64,000 bases of DNA from Gnetum montanum (lineage: Eukaryota; Plantae; Gnetophyta). A program made the position numbers and the translations under genes. Under the pieces are notes generated by a model. That model ran no database searches, was not told the origin of the DNA, and was given only the letters and a program-made list of their open reading frames with translations. The number at the start of each line of letters is the position of its first letter. The stretch's first letter is position 1. Below, in pieces: positions 1 through 12,920 of the stretch. The DNA is taken from contig MNCI01003059.1 of NCBI GenBank assembly GCA_015680685.1, positions 464,859-528,858 of the forward strand, written 5' to 3'.

Positions 1-261
1 ATAGCTGATGATGATGTAGGAGGGGGTGAGGTATGAGAATATTGAGGTTGAGGAGAAGTGTAAGGCACATGAGGTGGTGATCTTGTTGGAGAGGACATGG
101 GTGGATGGTACTTAAGAGAATGATAACGATGAGGTGAGGTAGAGGATGCTGATCTTGTTGGAGAAATAGGGTGTTGAACATAATAAGCATTTGGCGTTGG
201 GACATATGAAGGGTATGCTCTAGTTGGCGGTGGCCTCCCCCACGATTGAGGTTTTTGCCAT

Positions 262-1299
262 TGATGAGTGGCGAGGTACCCCTACACTCAACCATACGAA
301 ACAAGTGTAGCATGCGCGATCTGGTCGAACTCCACAGATTAAATGCCTAAACACCCCATTGAACACTTGGGGTTAATCATTCGTTGTCTTCCCAGACTTA
401 CTTCTTGTTGTCACGGTGTATGGTTAAGTAAGTCCGAGGTATATGATTTTTTTGGTCTTTTATGGTTTTTCTCCTATGCTAAAGGGTGAAGGGTTGAGAG
501 AACTAACTAACTCTAACTAAGGACTAAGTCTAAATTAACTAGCGCTAGCATCCGTTCCCACTTATCGTACACACCTTGAACTATGCAACTTTGGCTACCA
601 AACGCTAATCGTTACTGGGATCACCACACGTAATGCATGTGCTCGAAGTGGTCATACTGAGGCACCTAACTAGCCTAAGCGTGATGAGCAGCTAATTCCT
701 TGACTAGCTGTACACATCCGTAGATGCTCGTAATCAAGTCGTACTCATCCCACGTTCTAGGAGACAAGGGTGAGAGAATCTAATCGCGATGAGTAGCCGA
801 TTCCTTGGTTAGCCATACACATTCGTCAATGCTCATAACCAAGTCATACTCATGTCGTGCTAATGCAGGTAATAAATAACATGTAATAAACCTATTCCAT
901 GCACTGCAAGGTTTATCCACAAAGCTCGTCTTTATTNNNNNNNNNNNNNNNNNNNNNNNNNNNNNNNNNNNNNNNNNNNNNNNNNNNNNNNNNNNNNNNN
1001 NNNNNNNNNNNNNNNNNNNNNNNNNNNNNNNNNNNNNNNNNNNNNNNNNNNNNNNNNNNNNNNNNNNNNNNNNNNNNNNNNNNNNNNNNNNNNNNNNNNN
1101 NNNNNNNNNNNNNNNNNNNNNNNNNNNNNNNNNNNNNNNNNNNNNNNNNNNNNNNNNNNNNNNNNNNNNNNNNNNNNNNNNNNNNNNNNNNNNNNNNNNN
1201 NNNNNNNNNNNNNNNNNNNNNNNNAGCAGACCGTGATATTGCGTACGCAATATTGCAGGGGACGACGCGATATCGCGTACGCGATATCGCGTCTCATAA
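262..1299 (-). mobile_element. Solo LTR (or gap-collapsed element) of the element A family
   Basis: Starts tgatgagtggcgaggtacccctacactcaaccatacgaa, like the LTR at 2944. Ends gtctcataa. Perfect 5-bp TSD GCCAT at 257-261 and 1300-1304. Contains N gap 937-1224. Confidence 0.85.
1264..1293. repeat. Perfect 30-bp palindrome GACGCGATATCGCGTACGCGATATCGCGTC in LTR U3
   Basis: Self-reverse-complementary and built from two ACGCGATATCGCGT palindromes. Decayed copies at ~1233-1256, ~3683-3709 and ~32817-32890. Confidence 0.95.
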
Positions 1300-2943
1300 G
1301 CCATTGTGGTTGAACTTGGTATTTCTGTATGAAATATAGATGTAAAATTCCTCCTCAATGCTCATGTAAATGTGAGAAAACTGGACATTGGCCTTTGGGG
1401 TGATCGTATAGATAGACGTTATATTGATATGTGAAATTGGCAGTTGAGTTCTTATTCTTATTATCCTCTACCCTTTGTTTCGATTGCTGCATGGTGTCCT
1501 ATCTTGTTTCTTGATTTGGCATAGTTCTTCCTCTAATAATGTTGGCATATTCTCCACATCTTTCATGTACCCAATCCGTCATCTTATTGATCTTTGCCTC
1601 AATTTCATCTAGTGATTGTAGGATTGGCAAAGATGATTTCACCTCCTTGAAGTGAATGGATTTCTTCTCTTCATGATCATGGACCCTTGTTAAGTTGAGA
1701 TTTTGGTCCTATTGAGAACTTTCAACATTCTCCCATTTGGCTAGTTCTCCTTCTTCTTTTGCCACTTGCTTAATAAGCTCTTGGAGTTGATGGGTTCATA
1801 TATAGTTGACCTCGGGCGTACATCCCTAGGGTCTCCCTTGTTTCATTACGGAGTCCATCTATGATATGGTACATTAGCCTCTCCTCTTAGAACCCATGGC
1901 CTGGGTAGTTGTTTAATAGTGCATAATATCTTTCTAAGGCCATGTCCAAGGGTTCATGTTGCACTTGTTTCCATTCTTGGATTTGTCTCCTCAAGGTCGA
2001 CACTCTTGCGTAGGTTTGATATCGTTCGTTAAAGAGTCCTACCATTGTTGGTCAACGTCGTATTGAATTTGGTTTTAACGATCTATACCATACTTTTGCT
2101 TGGCCAATGAGTGTTAGAGGAAAGAGCTTAAGTTTTTGCCACCCATTATCAATATTTTTCCATGTACAGGCTTTGTAGAAGGCTTGTAAATGATGTTGCG
2201 AATCTAAATCATTCTAAAAACTTGGGAAAGTTGTTTAAATCAAGCCTAGGTAGACAACTTTCTTTATGATGTCTGTAGGATATTCGAATAGCCTCTTGTA
2301 TAGGCGTTAAGCTCTTAGTGGCCAGCAAGGGTTCATCATCACTAAGTAGGTTGTGAGTTTGTGAGTTGGGATGATGTTGCCCCTGTTCATGTTGTTGTTC
2401 TTGATTTTCTTTATGAGCTCGATTTTTAGTTCTACGTTGATCCCTTGAAAGATAGTCATTTGTGTCACAATATGATGTTGAAGGAGTAGAGAAAGAGAAG
2501 GAACTGTAAAACTCATTATGACTTTTGTAAGTCTTCCAATCATCCCCAAGTAAGTTCTTGTTAGTTATTGAGAAGGTCCTAGGCCTTTCAGGCCTCCTTG
2601 TTCTATGGGATGTTTCATCCTCACTAGAGGTGTCAAAGTTGGATGAAGAAAGTCTTTGAGTATTGTTTGGGTGTTCATAAACATAGGGGACTCCTGCATA
2701 AGGTTGAGTACTCCAGACCTCATCTTCATCATCAATTCTGTCGGTTCTCCAATGAATTGCCACATTAGTGGTTGCGGGATCATAGTATTGTGAGAGAGAC
2801 ATGATTGTGAAACTATGTGTGAATTTGTATGTGACTTTTTGTAATTATTTCTTCTTAAAAGATATGTTGTTAATTCCTATACAGCGACCTTCTATGATAT
2901 AACTAATCTAGATAACTAGCACTGTCCTCGACAACGGTGCCAA

Positions 2944-3731
2944 TGATGAGTGGTGAGGTACCCCTACACTTAACCATACGAATATGAGCGTTTCACGCAT
3001 GATCCGATCGAACTCCGTAGATGGACTAGTTGTGGTATCTAGATGGTTATCCTTAGGTCAAAGTTCGTTGTCTTCCCATCTGGACTAGTGTTAACTTTAT
3101 CACGTATGGTTTAGTCCAGAATGAGGTGTATGATGTGTTCCTATGCTAACGCGACTCCTGAGTATGATGGTAAATAAGATTAACTAAGCTAAGAGAGAAA
3201 GGGTGAGAGAGAATCTAAGCTAGCCTAAGTGCGATGAGCATCTATTCCCTAATCATCCATACACATCTTAGACTTCGTGCATGACTACCACTGGGATTAC
3301 CAAGCGCAAATCCTAGGTACGCTACCGGGTTCCCAAGTAGTCACACTTAAATGCTTGTAATCAAGTCATGCTCATTCCACATTTAATAGGAGTTTAGGGT
3401 AAGAAGATATTAACTAAGAAAGTAGTAAATAACAATTAAATAAATAATTAAGCTAAGTGAATGCTGCAATGATGAAGTAATCTTGATATTTATTTCTGGT
3501 CATGTGCGTGTCCAAGTACGTCACACTCAAATAAGGATGTCGTACAATTACAACAATCACATTGCGGGCATGCATAAGGAGAGAAGGGTTGAGAGGAAAA
3601 AAAAACTAAAATCAAATCTTAACTAACTAAAAAACTCCCTATCGGAACTATCTACCTCTTATTTATAGATAAGGAGACAAGCTACGATATTGCATACGTG
3701 ATATCGTGGTTGACTAAATGGCGACTCATCA
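2944..3731 (-). repeat. 5' LTR of element A
   Basis: TG...CA inverted termini (tgatgag/ctcatca), TATAAAT on minus at ~3661-3667, adjacent PBS. Confidence 0.85.
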
Positions 3732-4830
3732 AATGGTTTACTAGGTTGGCAAACTCATTTTTGTCTTGATCAACAAGCTTGAATGCTCTGTTGTTGTAGG
3801 CCTTAGTGACTAGGAAAGACCCTTCCTAGTTAGCTAAGAATTTATCTGTGAGTTTGTGAACATCCTTGAGGACTAGGTCTTGTTTCTTGATCGAACACTG
3901 ATGCTGGTTGTGAGAGTGCTTTTGCCATTGCTTTTCTTAGTACCATTTAATGTGATTAAGCATGTGCATATGCTCATCCTCTATTAAGTCAAGGTATAAG
4001 GTTCTCAACTCATTGTTTTAACCTTCATTGATGAAGTCCGATAGGATCACCTAGAGCAATGGAACTTGCAATTGAAGTGGAAAAATTGCTTTAGACCTAT
4101 AAACAAGGTTGTAAGGTGTCATACTTGTTACTATTTGATGTGTCATGTAATAGGCCTAAAGAGTGTGGACTAGTTGCTCGTGCCATCATTGTTGGTTGTT
4201 GCTTAGCATTTTCTTGAGAAGGTTGGTGATGACCTTGTTAGTGGCCTTCGCTTGGTCATTTTCCTAAGGGTAGTATGGTAATGACAAGGAATGTTTGATG
4301 CCAAAGTGCTCACAAAAGGCTTTAGTCTTGGCACTGCTAAACTATGGCCTGTTGTCCATTACTATGGTCATGGGTAAGCTGAAATGGGTCACTATGTTGT
4401 CCAACACGAACTTGCAAACTTGTTACGATGTTGTCTTCCTAAGGGAAATAACCTCAACCCATTTGGTAAAATACCCAGTTATGGTTATTATGAAGTTATA
4501 CCCCATGAAGGAATTAGGTGTTATAGGTCTGATAATGTTGAAGCCCCAATGTTGGAATGGCCATGTGATTTGCATTGTATGCAATTCAGTTGGTGGCATG
4601 TGCATTAAGTTGCTATGCCATTGACAAGTGTCACACATTTTGACTTTTGAGATGTAATTGCTTTCCATGTAAGGCCAATAATAGCCTAGCTCTCTGATTT
4701 TTGCTATCATTGCCCTAGGTGCTATGTGACCTCTGCATAATCCTTTGTGGACTTGCTCAATGATTGTTGTTGCTTCATTTTCGCTTACAAAGGTTAGCAA
4801 TATGCCATCATAGGATTTGCAACATAACAT
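3732..4830 (-). pseudogene. Integrase of element B
   Basis: HHCC region VHKGLCRGH...YYWPYM...CDTCQ, then WPFQHWGFNIIRPI and YFTKWVEV; core continues with stops. Confidence 0.9.
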
Positions 4831-5059
4831 GTTATCACCTATGATGACATAATATCATGAACTTTTATGTACTGCATTCTTTTGAGCAAAGGTTTAAGTG
4901 TTGTAGAGGCTCACCTTGTAGAAGGTACACCTTGATATTGTCGTACCAGTCTTTTGCATGGGTTGTGCTTATTGTGGCTATGGATGTGATGTCGGTGATT
5001 TGCATGATAGGCACAGTGTAATCCACCACCAAGGTGGGCAATGCATCGAACATGCTAGG

Positions 5060-5440
5060 TACGATGCTAAGGGTTACATTGCTAGTGTGTTGGTAATGAC
5101 ATTTTCATTTTGGAGAATATGTTGGACATTGGTAGTTGCAAAGTGTTGAAGTAGGTGCTTTGCAAGGTCACAATAAGGCTATAAATGTTGTGCCTTGCAG
5201 GTGTAAACCTTTGTTACCTAGTTGACCACTAATTGTGAGTCACCCTGGATCACTATGCATTGGATCCCTACGTCGCATGCTACAAGGATACCTTGAAGGA
5301 GGCCTTCATACTTTACCACATTGTTAGTGCAAGGAAATGCAAAACTATATGTGAAGGGTTGGATCTCCCTGGAGGGAAATGTGATAATGATAACAATGCT
5401 ACCCCATTAAGAGGTTGAAGCTCTATTGAAATGCAGGAGT
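5060..5440 (-). pseudogene. Additional (archaeal-type) RNase H domain of element B
   Basis: Manual translation gives CTNNVVKYEGLLQGILVACDVGIQCIVIQGDSQLVVN...HILQNENVITNTLA, the aRH pattern of Tat-clade elements, placed between RH and INT. Confidence 0.75.
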
Positions 5441-5559
5441 GCCTCATAGTTGTTGGGCACTTAGTAATGTTATGAACATGCTCATCTGGGAATTCAAGGT
5501 CTATGGTTGCTTGGTCATTTACGGGTGAAGCCATGAGTTGTGTGACTATAGCTTGACCT

Positions 5560-6720
5560 TTTGTTGAGGCTGACGTAATGTAGGCCAAACTCTAGTATTA
5601 TTGCTTTCCACCGTGTAATGCGACTACTTTCGTAGATATTTTTTTTATGGCTTGGATTATTTTGTTTTTGTGAATGATATTAACTTGGCTACAGAAGAGG
5701 TAATGCCTCCACTTCATTGTATTTTACCTCATAGGCTACTAATGCATGGCTCAAGTAGTAAACTGGGACTTCTACATCATCATCTCGCTTTTGATAAAGC
5801 AAAGAAGCGATGGATGTGTTGAAAGTAGCAAGGTAGATGTAAAAAGGTTTATGTCCTTGTGAAGAGTGAACTGTAGGCAGTTGTGCCAGTTCTTACTTAA
5901 GGTTGTCAAATGCTTGTTGGCATTGAGTAGTCCACTTGNTGTAGGAGTAATGTATCAACACACGATGACATACATCTTTAGTGATTACATGCTAAGTTTG
6001 CTTAAAGACTACGTCGATGACATTGCCATTAAGTCCAAAGTGGCCCACAACCATGCAAATGATTTAGACTTAGTGCTTAAATGCTACTTAAAACATGAGC
6101 TTAGGCTAAATCCCAAGAAGTGTATTTTTGGCATAAAAACTAGTAGAATGCTTGACTTTGTAGTATCTGAAGCAAGAATATGCGTAGACCCCAACAAGGT
6201 TAAGGCCATAACCAACTTAGCACCGCTGGTTAACCTTAAAGAGCTATGAGGGTTATAGGGTAGATTACAATTTATATNCCATGGTATCGATTATTGATTA
6301 GTACTAGGCAACAAGAAGTCATCTTTGATGGTCACCTTGTTTAGGTCCAAAAAGTCTATGCAAATGCATATACTTTCATTTTTCTTAGGCAAAAATATGA
6401 TATGGAAGACCCAATCTGCATAGTCAATAGCCTGAATGAAACCAACTTTGTAAAGCCTGGTAATCTTGTCATGGACTGCAAATGCCACCTTAGGTCTAAC
6501 CTTGTGTGCTTTTTGCTTGACTGGTTTAATGTAGGGATCAAGGATGATGTTGTGCTAGATTAGCTAAGGGTCTAGGCCTGGCATGTCCTCATATGATCAT
6601 GAAAATGCTTTAATGTTATCATTAAGCACTATAGCGATGTCTTGAGCATGTCAGGGCTTGAGTGAGGAACTTAATGTTAACATTCTTGCCTCACCATTAT
6701 GTGTTGCCATAGGGATCTTG
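5560..6720 (-). pseudogene. RT/RNase H of element B; central RT block 5940-6278 is inverted (plus strand)
   Basis: Minus: GFIQAIDYADWVFHIIFLPKKNESICICIDFLDLNK. Plus, between single Ns at 5939 and 6279: YQHTMTYIF...DYVDDIAIK...LRLNPKKCIFG...VDPNKVKAI. Confidence 0.85.
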
Positions 6721-9089
6721 ATAAGGGAACTGTTTGTGACATCTCTTGCCTCTAGATCAAGAGCCTTAACTAGATGGTTAGGCTAGTTTAGTGGTGTGTC
6801 TACAGATGCTATGTGCTCATTATAGGTGGTAGGCTCAAGGCCTAGGCAATGAGGGTTAATGCATTGTTGAATGTCACCATGAGGCCTCGTGAGGACCAAA
6901 GGTGAGAAGATCAACTATTACATAGGCATGTTGTGTTCCTGCAAAAATAAACTAGAAAAATGTTAAGTGGCACCTACTTGACCTAGTTATTATGCACCAA
7001 TGAAAGAAAGTAATCAAGTAAAAACTTACCTAAGTATGCACGTAAATAGTAATGAGAGGTAAACATGTTGGTGCTAGTTTTAGGTCTTAGCAAATTGCGG
7101 ATGCCCCAAACATGCCATTCTGAGGAGGGTTGGCCATGCTCGAGGAGTGGAATTAACTCGAGCATTTGCAAGGTAGCAAAAAATTACAATTTTGGGCTAA
7201 GTGTAGTTGACTACACTTTCATCCAACTATGCTCTCCACTAGGTGTTTGGTGTGGAGCATAGTCCTAAGTTGGTTGGGCATTAAATTACCCCAGGAGGGT
7301 ATATAGGCATGTTTTCACCATGGTAAGTTTGTCATTTTCTTACTTTTAACCATGACGTCTAGAGCATAGTCTTGCCATTGCACCTACTTTTTCTAGTAGT
7401 GAAGAGCGTAGTTGAGGGAAAGATGATGCTCCAGAGTGAACACCTTCACCCATAACTAGCAAATGTGGCTGAGGGAGAGAAGACATTGAGATGCTTACTA
7501 TAGGCACATGTGGAGGAGAGGAGGTTGTCAGTGTCAGCTAGGTACATTGACTATGCTCTTCCTTTTTTTTGTTTTTTATTTATTCTTGCAATTTTTTGGA
7601 GAGCTTGGGAGCATAGTTCCATGGTGTCGCTTTGTGTGGCTTGTCGTAGTAGTGGCTGCCATGGATATGCATCATTTGGGGCATGATGTAGTGATTGGGA
7701 GGATGCAACAGTAGGAAGTCACTACACAGGAGGGTTTTTCCTAGCTATAAAGCTTTGCTACACCTTCGGTGCAACCCATGGTGGCTACCTCAATGCTATG
7801 CGATGCGGCTGCGAGGGTTGTGATTTTGGCCCTTTGAGGCTGCATGGGTTTTGAGGGCCATTATTGATGCAAGAATTTGGGTTTTGCATAGTAGGAGAAG
7901 GCTACGTGTGGACTGGGGAAACATGCGTCGAGTGTTCTACCCCCTCTTTTTCTCTTCTTTTTTTATGTCTAGTGGTGCATGATTGAGGGTCACGGGACTT
8001 TGGGTCTCAATAGTGCAGCTATGACTGCTGTGATGGTTCCAACGATGATGGGAGGGGACATTAGAGTAAGCATGATTGGGGTAGGCTCCTTTTTGTAGGG
8101 TTAGGGTTAGTGCATCATGCCTTGTGGTGCGATCATTAGAGCCATGATCATGACCGCGCACTACGACATAGCCCTAAGGAGCTATACCTACCAACATGCC
8201 TCGTTTGTCTGTGCTCCTCTTTTTTTTATCCTTTTAGGTGATGCAAGGGTTTTATGGGAGTGCGTGGGGTTGAGGCACATGTAGGGTTTAGTGCATGTGG
8301 GTAGTTAGGGTCACATGCATGTCGTGTGCTATAGGATGACTGTGGAGGCTAAGGCTACCATTGCATGCTATGGAATTATGACGTAGTTGTAGGAACCATG
8401 GCTATGATTGTGTCTTGTGACATAGCCATAGGGGTTGCATTTGCGATTGTTGGTAGAATTTTTGTGCATCTATTTTTTCTTATTTTTGTGTTTTTTGGTT
8501 GCAATGGTGGAGGTGCAGCCTGTCGCAATAGCAGGGCAAAGTGGGTTGTTGGGCATGATGTCATGGGAAGACTATGCTCTCCACAATGCTCTCCACAACT
8601 GTGGGACTATGCTCTACATGTGTGGAAAACATAATTTGCAGGGAAAGTTCTTGGCAAAATGTATGGTCCAAAGTTAGTAAAAATTTTGCAATTCTCGGGA
8701 CTACACTCTTCACTGAGGCTGTTTAGAGTTAGAAAAATTTTTGCAATTTTTTGGACTATGCTCTTCATTGAGGTAGTCTAGAGTTTGTCAAATTTTACCA
8801 AAATTTTGTTAACTATGCATGATGCTAAACTTGCANCTACCAAAATTTTGTTAACTATGCATGATGCTAAACTTGCAAAATGTGGCACTAAGCCTATACA
8901 AAACATGCTATACCCTAGTGAATGCCAAGTGCATCGAACGAGTTAAGTGATGTCGTACACTTGCGGGGCCTTAGGGTGCACTGCCAAAATTGCATTTCTA
9001 CTAATTTATGTTAATAATTTTAATGTGTATCAAAATTTTGCCCTATGCATGCTTACTAATGCTTTGCCTATTGCTTGTTATTTGCAAGG

Positions 9090-12000
9090 TGCTACTGAAG
9101 CCTATTCTAATAATGGTTGAGCTCATAGGCATACTATGTTGCATGAGCAAACCCATTCCTAACATACCCACACCAGATATGTGGGCGGACCATCAAGTGG
9201 TGTGGTTCCGGCTAAGGGCTTGGGAGTTCCTAGAATACCTATTGTAGTAGTTCAGTGTGATCATGTGGTCGTACTTAGTGGTGGAGGTTGCTAGTGCTAT
9301 CACCAAGACGTTGCTACTTGAGGCTAACCGGAGCATCTTGAAGTTCATCTCAGATGAGTTTACTGCTAACATTGATAGGACAAGAGGTTCAAGTAAAGGT
9401 TCTAGGAGCACTTGGTAGCTATCCAGGGTATGGCGCAGGATAGGGCTTGCTTGTTATAATAAGAGCAACACCCTCTTTATTGCACAGCAGTTGCATACCT
9501 TATTTTAGGATCCACCTAGAATGATCTACTGCACCAGAGGGTAAGTGCTTTTACGGCTCTTGTAGTGTTTCTTACTACTTGCTCATGTTAAATTGCTAAT
9601 AGCTTGTGGTTAATGCCAAGTTCATAGTTGATGAGAAATGCCTACATGATGAAGTGGATGCTCTAGGCTTGACCTACACTACCCTGTAGGTATTCTTATC
9701 ATGTACAAATCTTTAGGCAACCATGATTGAGTAAGTGGGGCACGATCTAGATGCCTACCCCTCTCAATACCTAAAGGCATATGAGCGATGTAGAATCCAC
9801 GGCTGGTTGGATGAGGAGTGGATTGTTGGTGAGATTAACATTGAGGAGATGCTTGTAATGCCAACCCTGTCTCACACCCTATTTGTATCATGTATGTATC
9901 TATGTTTTGGCTCATGTGGTTGCTCATGTGTGCCTTTCAGTTTACCTCATTTACATGATGCTAAAATTGTTTTGCTTTGTGTTATAGCAACGATTGCCTT
10001 AGCCAAGGTGACAGTGATCACCATGGATAGCACAGAGGCCACCCTCATCATGAAATATGGTGATGTAGAGGGTCTACAACACTGGTTGTGCCATAAAGTG
10101 CCAGATGTACTAATGGCTTAGCTCATGCATGTTGGGTTAATGGACCTATTCTTGGCCCTTAGCTTGAGTATCTGAGTGGCTGAAATGGTCACCATCATTA
10201 ACTTCTTTAGTAGCAATGTTAGGTAGTTTGTCACCCAGGTGTGTGGCATGACGGTAGTGTTAGACCTTACTGAGGTCTTCTTTGCTAACCTTTTTGGCAT
10301 CCCTACTAATGGCCTAATGATTGTTGATAAGTCTAGTAGGGAGGTGGACTGCAGAGGAGAGATCAAGGACTGGTTAGATGCCACTCAATCTCACAAAGGC
10401 ATACCAATCAAAAATGTGTTAGTGCCTGAGGTGTAGGAGCTCTACCCTCTATTCTACACTTGTGCCTTTCCAAAGCTACTTTCCCAAGGAAAGATCCTAG
10501 GGGTGGAATAGGCATGGGTGATGAAGGAGGTGCTGCTAGAGGGTATGAGGTTTAATTGGGCCATGTACATAGCCATTATCTTTCATGCAAAGATTTCAAG
10601 GCTATGATTCAACCTCCAAGAGAGGTTCCACATCCATTTTGTGTTTTTCACAAGATACCTATGAAAATTCATAGAGCTCTTGGTTGTTTGAGATGATGGA
10701 CAGTGGGTGGTGCAGGATAGTGAGTAGTTTTCTAGGGCATAGATGAAGTATATGTTCTCAACCACATGCACATAGGACCCTCCCAGAAAGGATCGATGAG
10801 TCATTATCAGTAATGACCAAGGGTCCCGTGGGGCACTCACATTACTCGTGTGATAGTGTAGGTGAGGGTCCTCCAATTGGGACTAGGGACATGAGCAAGG
10901 TAGATCACTATATAGAAAAGATGGTGGGGCCATCTAAGACCAAGATTAAGAGGCTGCATCCTCAAGAGAAAGTTTCCCTTGAGATCAGGAAGCCAAGTAG
11001 CAAATGGATCCACATCAAGCTTTAAAGCTTGCGTGTAGATGTTGTAGGTTAGTATGCATAACTTCTTGGATGCCTTAGTTTCATTCATGCATATACTACC
11101 ATTTTTTATATTTTTATATTATGCTATATTTAGCTAATTATGTGTTATGCACACTAATGTGCTATATGTGTATACGTGTGAATTGTAAAAAAAGAAGAAA
11201 GGGCTGTAAGAGCAGTGGCTGAGGCTATAGCAGAGGAAGTGACTCCTCAAAATAAGGAGGAGGATGCCTAGGGAGATGAGCCTCATGAGGTAGTGAAGGC
11301 TCTCTGGCGGTTGGAGGAAGAGGGGTTGCTCAACCTCGATGGGGGTGATTTTGATAGTTTTTTCGATGGTACGTAGCTAGGTGAGCCCCCTGCTCTCACG
11401 CCTGAGGGCTTACTAGGTAATCTACTTTTATTGCCATTTGTTTTCCCTTGTATGCTCTAGTATCTTTAGCTATAAGGCCACATGCTAATGACATTGTTGT
11501 ATTATAGCATCAAATATTCTCACTAGTGGTCCCACATCTACCTATCGCATGGAGCTAATGGGTAGATATGCCAGATAAATTGACCTTCATGGAAGGAATT
11601 TTTGAGGACATTGTGGACTACTTGCGATTAGCAGACCCTAAGCTCGGTATGCATGCAATGTTATTTGCTTTGTGATATCTTGATCATTGCTCAAATGCTT
11701 GGGGTGCTAATATGTGTGCAATACCTATAGGTCCTAAGCTGTAGTGGGACCTAAGTAAGGTGGCCAAGGTGAATGCCTTGCTAGACCTTGCTTCCAAAGT
11801 TGATCAGGTGCCTCGTCACATGTACAAGACAATGAACAAGTGCAAACTTTCCTATGCAAAGGCATTGTGGGTTTGTAGGTGCTCGAATGAGCACCTGTGG
11901 AAATGTGTGCATGAATTGTAGGAGAGGGTGATCGGCCAGGATGAGAAGATCAATGATCTTCAATCTAGATATGATTTCATAGTAGCTAGATCACAGGGAG

Positions 12001-12718
12001 ATAGCACCTAGAGTACCACTAAGATTGAGTATACCAAATATTGGATAGCTCTTGGAGGTAAGAACAAGGCCACGTGGGAGTTAATAGAGTAGCGACTTCA
12101 GATGGACTTACTTGCCCAAAAGAACTAGGATTGGAAGAATTACAACACAAAGGTTTATCAGTGGGGACAAATGCAGAAGAACCACGAGCATCAACACAAG
12201 AGAGAGCATGACGTGTACCTATGATGGTACAAGGAGTCTACCAAATGCCACTGCCTTGAGATTTTTCATGAGGTGATTAATGGGAAGCAGACATATGACT
12301 TCTTTGCATAGAGTACGGTCATGAGTGACTCTCCCATGAGGGAGATCATCACCCCCTCTAGAGAGGTCTCTTCTACTACATTTTCTATGAAGCCACTTGC
12401 AGGGACCATCATGGACAATAATAAGATCCTTGCAGGTATTAACTTTGGATAGGAGGACTAGATGTAACTTTCTAAAGTTAAGATTCTTTGTCACTTGGAG
12501 GCTAGCCTTAGAAAGTTACCTCCAAAGCTCATTGATGTAGTACCCTCTTAGGTTATTTTTTTTTCTTTTCATGTTTTAAGTTAGCTCATATAGTGCATAT
12601 TTGCTTGCTAATTGTGCATGTTTGTTAATGGTTGTGGCAAGTACTAGGCGATGCTATAGGCCCTAATAATGCAATGAAGGAAGAAGAACTTCCACCCCCA
12701 CCTAGTGCCACTGGTTGA
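9090..12718 (+). pseudogene. Antisense multi-exon accessory gene in element B (putative plant transposon protein / Transposase_32-like core plus coiled coil)
   Basis: Exon ~9990-11050 reads VVLDLTEVFFANLFGIPTNG...RFNWAMYIAIIFHAKI. Donors gtaagt (~9541), gttagt (~11048), gtatgc (~11647) are followed by T-rich introns. Charged coiled-coil exon ~11730-12200. Ends MKEEELPPPPSATG* (12674-12718). Family call is by motif resemblance only. Confidence 0.55.
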
Positions 12719-12920
12719 GCATGACCTGGTGTACCTCCCGTTGGGCTTTTTGCAACTTTTTTGCTATCTGATGCTATTCATGCTATGTATTCCTATACAT
12801 ATTACATTTGCTATCGATGATTATTTGCTATGTGTAATGCATAAACTTTGATTCATATATGGTCATTTTTTGCTATAAGTATGTGATTCTGGGCCATTGT
12901 GAGCCATAGAAAATGTGTTG

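Larger units (their letters stand above)
1..2802 (-). pseudogene. gag: gag pseudogene of element A, interrupted by a solo LTR at 262-1299
   Basis: ORF 2209-2802 starts at ATG and continues through frameshifts/stops into LFPLTLIGQAKVWYRSLKPNSIRR...FNERY...LRRQIQEWKQ. The flanks of the solo LTR rejoin as sequence homologous to element E near 51030. Confidence 0.75.
1..3731 (-). mobile_element. Athila-like Ty3/gypsy LTR retrotransposon (element A): 5' LTR, PBS and gag; continues off the left edge
   Basis: LTR 2944-3731 with tgatgag...ctcatca termini. PBS (plus 2924-2942) reads tggcaccgttgtcgaggac on minus, a decayed TGGCGCCGTTGCCGGGGA (tRNA-Asp type). Retrotrans_gag-like peptide KLKLFPLTLIGQAKVWYRSL on minus near 2080-2140. 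Confidence 0.85.

Noticed and set aside
8096-8110. TAGGGTTAGGGTTAG telomere-like stretch
   Set aside because: About 2.5 units only; at most a telo-box-like promoter motif.
8796-8877. ~40-50 bp tandem duplications around single Ns (also ~37550-37630, ~42318-42416, ~47094-47188)
   Set aside because: Each is centred on one N, the signature of unmerged contig overlaps.
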